Source: a virus. From it: DNA of 64,000 bases. The position numbers and the translations under genes were made by a program. The DNA lies in the IMG/VR virus record IMGVR_UViG_3300048575_000119, positions 3,348-67,347 of that record; one strand, given 5' to 3'. Under the pieces are notes generated by a model. The model worked only from the letters and a program-made list of their open reading frames with translations. It did not search any database and was not told the origin of the DNA. Shown one piece after another: positions 30,881 to 38,170 of the stretch. Every line of letters starts with the position of its first letter. The first letter of the stretch is position 1.

Positions 30881-31246
30881 ATGCGCTACAGCTACGACAG
30901 GACAGCATACGCGGACGTCTCCATGGCGGACGCACAGCACGCATACATGGACGACCTCACGAAGGACGTCATGAAGGCGCTCACGGACCGGCGCTACAAG
31001 GTCAACCTCCAAGGCAAGTACGGGTGGAGCATCATCGGGATTGCCTCCACGCACCGTATCCGCGTCAGCTTGGACCTTTTGGATAACGGTATCATCCGAT
31101 CCGGCGTAACCTCAGCGCCTCCGGGGTCGACTTCTTTCCCCTTGGCCTCCGGTATTGAGTGGGACTCTACCACCAAGGCGGGCGCCATCGTCAAAGATCT
31201 CATGAAGATGCTTCAGACAGAAACCGCCAAGTACGTGAAGAGGTAG
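30881..31246 (+). CDS. Hypothetical protein (N-terminal SYDRTA)
   Basis: AGGTGG before ATG 30881; phage-like codon use. Confidence 0.55.
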   Translation: MRYSYDRTAYADVSMADAQHAYMDDLTKDVMKALTDRRYKVNLQGKYGWSIIGIASTHRIRVSLDLLDNGIIRSGVTSAPPGSTSFPLASGIEWDSTTKAGAIVKDLMKMLQTETAKYVKR

Positions 31247-31248
31247 CC

Positions 31249-31617
31249 ATGTCCTACGATCGTCGAAAGACTGCACAAACCGGCGTCAAGCCGATGGGGG
31301 AGTTCATCAATCAAGGGCTCAAAGACCTTGCTCAAGCGATCATTCGTGAAGGTATGCAGAGCAACCGTCACATGACCGGATCCATTGAGGATAAGCGGTG
31401 GTACCGCATCAACATCGACTTCGACGGGGAGAGCCTTTCGGATCTGCCCGCGTCGGGGTTCGCTATGCTTGAATTCGAGAAGGGTATGGTCACGGCGCGT
31501 TGTACCTACGACGAGGTCGGCGGCCTCAAGCGGGATTCACATCTCTACATGCTGAAGATGGATGAGGACCCGTCCCATTTCATCAAGGTCATTTCTGACT
31601 TTCTGGTCGGTGTCTGA
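31249..31617 (+). CDS. Hypothetical protein (N-terminal SYDRRKTA)
   Basis: GAGG before ATG 31249, adjacent to the previous stop. Confidence 0.55.
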   Translation: MSYDRRKTAQTGVKPMGEFINQGLKDLAQAIIREGMQSNRHMTGSIEDKRWYRINIDFDGESLSDLPASGFAMLEFEKGMVTARCTYDEVGGLKRDSHLYMLKMDEDPSHFIKVISDFLVGV

Positions 31618-31650
31618 TTGATCCCGCCCCGTCCCCGGCATACTAGGGGC

Positions 31651-32007
31651 ATGAGAAACGCGCTCTACACCCCCGCCACCACGAAGTACACCCCAGGCAC
31701 CATCAATTGCCTCCTGGGAGGCTACGGCCGTAGAGGGACATTCAAGGCAAGCGTCGAAGACGTTGCCCGCGCCCTCGGGCGGAGCCACATGCCGCAGTTT
31801 GATTCCAAGGTGAGCATCGAGTACGTGTTCATCGATAACCAGAGCAAGACGCTGGTTTCCCTTTACAGCTACAAGGGATCAGCAGAGAAGCATGGGGAAT
31901 GGTCGATCAGCGGCCCGGCGCACCCGGTAGCCTTTGAGATATGGCTCAAGCGCCAGGTCTCGAACTACCGACGCCGGGCACGCCGGTTGATGCCTACGGC
32001 AGCTTAG
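31651..32007 (+). CDS. Hypothetical protein
   Basis: ATG 31651 within ORF 31618-32007; converges on the minus-strand pair. Confidence 0.5.
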   Translation: MRNALYTPATTKYTPGTINCLLGGYGRRGTFKASVEDVARALGRSHMPQFDSKVSIEYVFIDNQSKTLVSLYSYKGSAEKHGEWSISGPAHPVAFEIWLKRQVSNYRRRARRLMPTAA

Positions 32008-32314
32008 GGCAGGGGATGCGGCGCTCCTCGGCTTGGAACGCCGCGTAGGCTTCAGCCTCTTCTTCAGGGGGCAAGCGCCCTCCGAATTCACCTCCATCCA
32101 TGAGGTCCCTCACGGTGAGCTTGTCCGGGAGCATGTCCTCGAGGGCCAGCAATCCCTTGGTGGGCTTGCCGTCGTCATCCGTGGTGTTGACTTGGACGTA
32201 GAGGTGTGGGTAGCCCTCGCGGTCAATGACGAGCTGCCAACGCCCGTCATCGGGCTTGACGACGCCTTGAGCTTGAGGGTCATCCGCAAAACGGCCGATG
32301 TAGAGATTCTGCAT
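31994..32314 (-). CDS. Hypothetical protein
   Basis: AGGAG RBS on the minus strand (ctcct at 32324-32328); 106 aa. Confidence 0.6.
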   Translation of the reverse strand: MQNLYIGRFADDPQAQGVVKPDDGRWQLVIDREGYPHLYVQVNTTDDDGKPTKGLLALEDMLPDKLTVRDLMDGGEFGGRLPPEEEAEAYAAFQAEERRIPCPKLP

Positions 32315-32394
32315 GGGGGTACTCTCCTGCTAGGGTTCAGCCGGATGGTCATCCCCCATCGGCACGTCAAGCCTACAACGGTGTAGAGCCTTCG

Positions 32395-32778
32395 TCAAGC
32401 GATCTTTCCACCGTGCCGATTCTCACGGGTCTGGTTGAAGGCATCCTTTGTGGCGACGGCATAGGCTACGTCGACGTTGTGCGCTCGGGCGGTATCCAGG
32501 GCACGAATGATGATATCCGCAATCTCCTCTTCGGCGCAGGTAAGGGCCGGTAGCCCTACCGCGAGCATCTTCTCGGCCTTGTCACAAGGCGCATTGAGCT
32601 TGTCCTCCCGATATGCGTCCCAGAGTTCGGTAACCTCCCCGTGGAGATTTGCGATGTACCGGGACATTCCCTTGGCCTCGAGGTCAGGGTCGTGGAAACC
32701 CTTCTCGGTGGCGACGGCGTGTACGTGGTCGCGAAGCGTATTGAGCGTCGCGAGGTCCTGAGCAATGAACTTCCTCAT
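32395..32778 (-). CDS. mazG: MazG-like nucleotide pyrophosphohydrolase
   Basis: LHGEVTELWDAYR...EEEIADIIIRALD...N..R..RHGGK; start MRKFIAQ 8 nt after a CGGTGTAG copy. Confidence 0.75.
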   Translation of the reverse strand: MRKFIAQDLATLNTLRDHVHAVATEKGFHDPDLEAKGMSRYIANLHGEVTELWDAYREDKLNAPCDKAEKMLAVGLPALTCAEEEIADIIIRALDTARAHNVDVAYAVATKDAFNQTRENRHGGKIA

Positions 32779-32785
32779 GCCACGG

Positions 32786-32809
32786 TCTACACCGGGACCT
32801 CGGTGTAGA
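32786..32809. promoter_or_regulatory. Back-to-back YGGTGTAG elements (divergent promoter pair)
   Basis: TCTACACCG-ggacct-CGGTGTAGA inverted repeat between the divergent mazG and SNF2 helicase genes. Confidence 0.65.
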
Positions 32810-32869
32810 TAGACCTGTCCAGGCCGTTTATGCCGCTGGCCGTGGAGGATCAACCGATCGGGAGAAATA

Positions 32870-34630
32870 ATGGCAAAGATTACGATTCCGGACCCCATAG
32901 AAGCGGTGCGTCCCGTCTACGAGAAGTTGCGTGAAATCCGTGAATCCAAGACGATAAGTCTCAAGCCCAGCCCTTATCTCCGGGAGGAAATCACGGGGTT
33001 GGATGGGGAAAAGGTGCCCCTCAAGCTCAGGTACTACCAGTGCCAGGGGATCTATCACCTGCTGCTCATGCGGAGGATGGTCCTTGGGGATGGTACCGGC
33101 TTGGGGAAAACCCTTCAGGCCATCGGATCCGTCTGCTACCTTTGGCCCAAGGAGCCCGCCAACAGGGTCATCGTCATCGCCCCAAAGAGCGCCTTGCGTC
33201 AATGGGCGGCGGAGATTCAGCGCTTCACGAAGGGCGTGAGGACGTTCATCGCTTCGGGCTCGTTCGCGGAACGTGAACGAGCTTACGACGCCTTTTTCAA
33301 TTCCCCGGCCGAAGAGGGTAAGCCCCGGGCTGTCTTGCTCTTGAACTACCACGTCTTCACGAGGGATTGGCGCCAGGGGCGCGTTCAGCCGCTTCTCCCC
33401 AATGGGAGGATCAACCCCAAGGCCCCTGTGACTCCGGGCTACCTTGACCGGCGCACCGCGCCCGTAGGCAAGGATCTGGTGGTCATCTTCGACGAGGCGA
33501 CCGCCTTCAAGAACATGCGGACGAAGACCTGGGAAGTCTGCCGGGAGCTAAGTGACCGCGCGGGTAGGGTCTACGGGCTCACGGCAACGCTGCTCAAGAA
33601 CAAGCTGGAGGAGGGATTCTCGATCTTCAAGTGCATCCACCCCCCAGTGTTCACGACCAAGTCGGCCTTCCTCGACACCTACTGCACGGTGAAGCTGCAA
33701 AGCGTGGGGACGGCCAAGGTCCCGATCATCCTGGGCTACAAGAACCTGGACCTCTTCCGTTCCAGGATCGACCCCTTCTTCCTCGGGCGCCCCAAGCACG
33801 CGGTCTCCAATGAGCTACCGACCTTGACGACCCGGGAGATCGTCTTCGACCTCACCGATGCCGAATGCGCCAAGTACAACGAGGCCCTTACGGGGATCTT
33901 CGAGTTGGGCGACGGAGAGGTCAAGGACTACGAGGAGCACAAGGCATTCGTCAGCCTCATCTATTGCCAGCAGATCGTCAACTCCCTCTACATGCTACGG
34001 TTCCAGAAGGACGCCGGGTTCACCTCCGGCATGTTTGACGACCGCGTCCATACGATCGGCGACGTGAGCAGCAAGGAACAGGAGCTGATCGACCTCATCA
34101 GCGAAGACCTTGATGGTGAAAAGGTCATCGTCTACACACGATTCGAGTCGCATGTTGGGCGGCTCGTCAAGCTCCTCGCCAACGCCGGGATCAAGAGCGT
34201 ACGCATCACGGGGGCTGAGAAGGACAAGGAGCGGAAGGCATCGCAGGATGCCTTCCAGGACCTCAAGAGTGACACCCGCGTCGTCTTCATCACGGCGGCT
34301 GGATCCGAGGCCATCAACCTCCAGGCGGCCTCTGCCCTCGTGTTCTTCGACTCCCCTTGGTCCTGGGGCGAGTACGTCCAGATCATTGGGCGTATGATTC
34401 GCATCGGATCACCCCACACGGGTGTCCTCGTGTACCACCTTGTAGCAGAACGTGTAGCTGACACGGCGGACGACCGGCATACGATCGACCTTCACATCTT
34501 GCGAACCCTGCGGACGAAGAAGAACCTGATCGATCGGGTCATTGGTGAAGCTGCCGTGGGGGCGCTTGAATTCGAGGCGGAGGGCTCAACCGTCAAGGAC
34601 TTGCTGCGGCGGGTCAAAGGCGCGGTGTAG
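32870..34630 (+). CDS. SNF2-family (SF2) helicase/translocase
   Basis: GDGTGLGKT, VIFDEAT, LTAT, AGSEAINLQAA, QIIGRMIRIG. Confidence 0.85.
   Translation: MAKITIPDPIEAVRPVYEKLREIRESKTISLKPSPYLREEITGLDGEKVPLKLRYYQCQGIYHLLLMRRMVLGDGTGLGKTLQAIGSVCYLWPKEPANRVIVIAPKSALRQWAAEIQRFTKGVRTFIASGSFAERERAYDAFFNSPAEEGKPRAVLLLNYHVFTRDWRQGRVQPLLPNGRINPKAPVTPGYLDRRTAPVGKDLVVIFDEATAFKNMRTKTWEVCRELSDRAGRVYGLTATLLKNKLEEGFSIFKCIHPPVFTTKSAFLDTYCTVKLQSVGTAKVPIILGYKNLDLFRSRIDPFFLGRPKHAVSNELPTLTTREIVFDLTDAECAKYNEALTGIFELGDGEVKDYEEHKAFVSLIYCQQIVNSLYMLRFQKDAGFTSGMFDDRVHTIGDVSSKEQELIDLISEDLDGEKVIVYTRFESHVGRLVKLLANAGIKSVRITGAEKDKERKASQDAFQDLKSDTRVVFITAAGSEAINLQAASALVFFDSPWSWGEYVQIIGRMIRIGSPHTGVLVYHLVAERVADTADDRHTIDLHILRTLRTKKNLIDRVIGEAAVGALEFEAEGSTVKDLLRRVKGAV
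34623..34630 (+). promoter_or_regulatory. YGGTGTAG element
   Basis: CGGTGTAG, 8 nt, ATG 34639; contains the stop of the upstream gene. Confidence 0.6.
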
Positions 34631-34638
34631 GCATGAGC

Positions 34639-35469
34639 ATGGCTGTTTGCCCGCATTGCAAAGATACTGGGTGGGTCGCTGTTGATGACACCACCCGACG
34701 CAAGTGCATCTGCGCCTACGCCAAGGAGCTAAAAGAGCACCTGGGAAAGGAGATCGCTTATGCAAGAACCCTGGAGCAGTCACCGCTCTTCGTGCCTGGT
34801 AAGGATGACCTCACGGAGGACGACCTCTTCATCAAGTGTGACTGGCCCAAGCTATTACCCCATCTCAAGTGGACGCTGACCTTCAAGACGCTGGCCTTCA
34901 AGTTCGTGATCGTCACGGACGAGAAGATTAAGACCGTCTACCTTGGAGCGGAATCCTATGCGGCCCGCGCCAAAGGGCTGCGTGACGACGTGTCCACGTA
35001 CAACTGCCTAGCCGACCTCATTGGCTCGCAGTATGACCTTGTGATCATCAAGCTAGGGAACCTTGGCTACCCCAACAAGGCCATGCCAGGGATCCTTAAG
35101 GAGGCGCTTCTACTTCGAGAGGCCCTTGGAAAGACTACCTGGTTGATCGAGGAATCCGATAAGGTCTTCGGTCCGGGCAACTTCTCGTACAGCCCGGATC
35201 TGCACACCTACATCCAAGAGAATTTTACGGTTGTAGCATTAGAGGGAGAGGCGCGACACGTCCCGCCGCTGAAAGCGGTGACGGCCCCAAGAAAAGCGGA
35301 ACCCATTGAGGACGTCTCGTTGGATGATCCTCCCGAAGAGGCCCCTGTAGCGGCAACAGAGTCCGCATTCAAGGACCTTGACTGGGATATTGTTGCGGGA
35401 GGAAGTCCCAAGCGTTCCAAAGGTGGGTGGAAGCCTAAGAAGCGCCCAAGTGGTGGAGGACCGATCTGA
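34639..35469 (+). CDS. DnaC/IstB-like helicase loader homolog with degenerate ATPase motifs
   Basis: N-terminal CPHCKDTGW...CIC zinc motif; LVIIKLG...LLLREALGKTTWL echoes the loader C-terminus; directly upstream of DnaB. Confidence 0.5.
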   Translation: MAVCPHCKDTGWVAVDDTTRRKCICAYAKELKEHLGKEIAYARTLEQSPLFVPGKDDLTEDDLFIKCDWPKLLPHLKWTLTFKTLAFKFVIVTDEKIKTVYLGAESYAARAKGLRDDVSTYNCLADLIGSQYDLVIIKLGNLGYPNKAMPGILKEALLLREALGKTTWLIEESDKVFGPGNFSYSPDLHTYIQENFTVVALEGEARHVPPLKAVTAPRKAEPIEDVSLDDPPEEAPVAATESAFKDLDWDIVAGGSPKRSKGGWKPKKRPSGGGPI

Positions 35470-36929
35470 TGAAGCGTATTTTAAGGTCTCTGATCGACTA
35501 CAATGGCTCTATTCCGCAGGATGCCTTGGCGTCGAACTACCAGCGTGTCGTTAGCTCCAACATCGAATGGACCCGCCCGGACGAGGATCGCATCTTCCAA
35601 TTTCTCAAGTCATACTTTCAGCAGCGCCTTGAGATGCCTCACGTCCAGACGGTCACGGATTACTTCGAGAAGATGGGCGACCTTGAGGTCACCGAGCGCC
35701 TCAAGGACATCGCGGCGGCTCCGTCGTACACCCGGAGCAACTTCTCACACCTCTTGAAGGAGCAGCTTGAGGCGCAAAACCAGATCAAGGCTATCGCGCA
35801 CCTCAAGGAAGCCCACGAGATGATCGTCAAGGGCGTCACCGTAGGGGGCGTCCGTAAGCAAGGCGTCCGCGATGCCCTCTTGTACTTCACGGAGAAGGCC
35901 AACCAGCTCATCATTCCAGAAGCAAATGCTAAGGTTCGCGGCAACATCCGTGAGGACGGTCAAGCCGTGTGGGACGAGTACCAACGCGCCAAAGGTGACC
36001 AATCCAAGGCGTGGGGGCGCTTCACGGGGCTCAACAACATCGACACGATCTGCCGGGGTATTAAGAAGGGTGAGCTTTGGATTCACGCGGCCTTTGCCGG
36101 GGAGCTGAAGACGACCTTCGCGACCAATTGGTGCTACAACCTCATCACACGCTACCGTTCCAATCTCTTCTACGGCTCCCTGGAGATGAAGTACGAGCAC
36201 ATCCGGCGCTTGATCTACGTCATACACTCGGCCAACGCGCGATTCCGGGCCATGGGCTACGCCCCGCTTGATTACCGAAAGGTCCGCGACGGTGAGCTAA
36301 CCCCCGAGGAGGAGGTCTACTACCAGCTTGTCATCAAAGACTTCGTCGAGAACCCCGAGTATTGTGACTTCGAAACCTGGGCGCCCGATCGCGACATCAC
36401 GGTTGATGATATGAAGATCGAGGCCGAGATCCTTCACCAACGCAAGGAGATCGGCATGGTGGTCATTGACCACGGCGGCTTGGCGGAAGCCCGGAAGGCC
36501 AAGCGCAACAAGGACTACGGCGTCGAGCTGAACAGCGTCATCCGTGACGCTAAGAAGTTCGCGCTACAATTCAATCACGGTGAAGGCATCCCGGTCCTTC
36601 TCCTCTTCCAGATCAACCGTGACGGAAAGGACTACGCGGACAAGAACAACGGGGAGTACAAGATGCGGGCGCTAAGTTACGCCAACGAGGCGGAGCGTTC
36701 GGCCGACGTCATCACGACGACCTACCTCAATGCGGACTACAGGGAGCACAACGTCACCAAGTTCTGCTGCCTCAAGAACCGTGACAATCCCCTCTTCGAC
36801 CCCTTCGAAGCTGCCGTGGACTTCACAACCCGCCGCATCTTCAACGCGGACCCCTATGCGGGAGCTGACGGGCGCGGAATCTCGGTTGACGACAACCGAC
36901 AAATCATGGACGTTATGATGACGGTGTAA
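35469..36929 (+). CDS. dnaB: DnaB-like replicative helicase
   Basis: Walker A variant AFAGELKT, YGSLEM, VVIDH, LLFQINR, AERSADVI, KNRD. Confidence 0.8.
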   Translation: MKRILRSLIDYNGSIPQDALASNYQRVVSSNIEWTRPDEDRIFQFLKSYFQQRLEMPHVQTVTDYFEKMGDLEVTERLKDIAAAPSYTRSNFSHLLKEQLEAQNQIKAIAHLKEAHEMIVKGVTVGGVRKQGVRDALLYFTEKANQLIIPEANAKVRGNIREDGQAVWDEYQRAKGDQSKAWGRFTGLNNIDTICRGIKKGELWIHAAFAGELKTTFATNWCYNLITRYRSNLFYGSLEMKYEHIRRLIYVIHSANARFRAMGYAPLDYRKVRDGELTPEEEVYYQLVIKDFVENPEYCDFETWAPDRDITVDDMKIEAEILHQRKEIGMVVIDHGGLAEARKAKRNKDYGVELNSVIRDAKKFALQFNHGEGIPVLLLFQINRDGKDYADKNNGEYKMRALSYANEAERSADVITTTYLNADYREHNVTKFCCLKNRDNPLFDPFEAAVDFTTRRIFNADPYAGADGRGISVDDNRQIMDVMMTV

Positions 36930-36931
36930 TC

Positions 36932-37294
36932 ATGTTCATTGGTAGCTTAGTGAATCAGACGGTACGATTGCGGATGGCTTATGATTGCCAGCACGATTGG
37001 CAGTACTACAACGCAACCGAGGATCAGTGTTCGAAGTGTCGCGTTATCGCGACGGAGGAGGGGAAGCGGACCCTGGCAGCTATGGCGGCACGCTTCCATG
37101 GGCTTCCGGTCGGTGTAGAAGCTGACCATGCCCCGGGACTTTCGGCGAGAAGCCGAACAGGAAAGCAGTCAGCGGAAGCTTCAACAAGCCTGGATTCAGG
37201 AACGTGTCGCTGCGATTCGGGCGACGGTGAGCGCCTACGATGTTCTCCGCAGGTTCGGAGTGAAGCTCCAACATGCGGGGGAGACCCGCATTGA
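36932..37294 (+). CDS. Possible small Cys-containing protein; 3' end uncertain because it overlaps the next gene
   Basis: CQHDW...CSKC motif in the first half; 167-nt out-of-frame overlap with 37128. Confidence 0.3.
   Translation: MFIGSLVNQTVRLRMAYDCQHDWQYYNATEDQCSKCRVIATEEGKRTLAAMAARFHGLPVGVEADHAPGLSARSRTGKQSAEASTSLDSGTCRCDSGDGERLRCSPQVRSEAPTCGGDPH
37111..37118 (+). promoter_or_regulatory. YGGTGTAG element
   Basis: CGGTGTAG, 9 nt, ATG 37128. Confidence 0.55.
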
Positions 37295-37763
37295 GCAGTT
37301 CTCCTGCCCCTTTCACGGTAAAGACTCAAAGCCCTCGGCCCGGCTATACCCCGCTGGGCCTACGGGGCCGTCTCACGCTTGGTGCTTCGTTTGCCAAGAG
37401 CGCTGGGACGCCATAGCCCTCTGGCGCAAGTTCAACGACCCTACGGCCCCCTTCACCCGGTCTCTTGCCGAGATCGAGCGGACTTACGGGATCCACGCGC
37501 CCGAAATGCCGAACCTCGGCGACATTCGTGCATCAATCCGCGAGCAAGAGTTCGAGGAGCTTCAAAGCCTCTTGGATGTGGCTGAACGACGGCTCATGGG
37601 CGCCCGTGACGACTTCGACATGAAAGCCTACCTCACCATCGGATCCGTCTTGGACAAGCTCCATACCCGGATCGAGAAGGGGACCATCACCGCCGAGGTT
37701 ACCCGCGCCACCATCCGGAAGATTCTCGATAAGATCGGAGAGCGATGCCGCGCCGCGTCTTAG
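37128..37763 (+). CDS. Primase zinc-binding (CHC2) domain protein without a TOPRIM domain
   Basis: CPFHGKDSKPSARLY...HAWCFVC; helical C-terminus. Confidence 0.75.
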   Translation: MPRDFRREAEQESSQRKLQQAWIQERVAAIRATVSAYDVLRRFGVKLQHAGETRIEQFSCPFHGKDSKPSARLYPAGPTGPSHAWCFVCQERWDAIALWRKFNDPTAPFTRSLAEIERTYGIHAPEMPNLGDIRASIREQEFEELQSLLDVAERRLMGARDDFDMKAYLTIGSVLDKLHTRIEKGTITAEVTRATIRKILDKIGERCRAAS

Positions 37764-38170
37764 TGAACATCCGGGAGATGGGGCAGATCGAATTGCTCCT
37801 TGTTCGGATGGAGGGGGGCTGTTGGGAGCCGGAGTGGGAGGCTCTGCGCGAGACACCCATAGCGGGGCTGCTTCCGGTCGTTACCCGACAAGATATAGAG
37901 CACGCCCTCAAGGGATACACTCGCCCGCTATACCGTGGGCTGGGTTTGCCTCCTGACGGGGCGTTACGCAAGCTGCCCAAGGACGCCAAGGAGTGCCGTG
38001 AAAGGCGCTCCTGTCGCCTGTGGCGGCCCGAGGAGTGTCACCCCGTGGCGAAAGCCATGCCCTGGTGTTTTCAACCGGACGCCTTGCCCTTGAAGGCAGC
38101 CGAGGTGATTCAGTTATGGCGAGAGAAGACCTACATCGTCATAACCCTTGAGGAGGATCAGAATGCCTGA
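37745..38170 (+). CDS. Hypothetical Cys-rich protein
   Basis: 141 aa, overlaps both neighbours; C..RRSC...EC...WC. Confidence 0.55.
   Translation: MPRRVLVNIREMGQIELLLVRMEGGCWEPEWEALRETPIAGLLPVVTRQDIEHALKGYTRPLYRGLGLPPDGALRKLPKDAKECRERRSCRLWRPEECHPVAKAMPWCFQPDALPLKAAEVIQLWREKTYIVITLEEDQNA

Noticed and set aside
31618-31653. Sigma70-like TTGATC...CATACT before ATG 31651
   Set aside because: The 15-nt spacer and weak -10 box are too poor a match to call.
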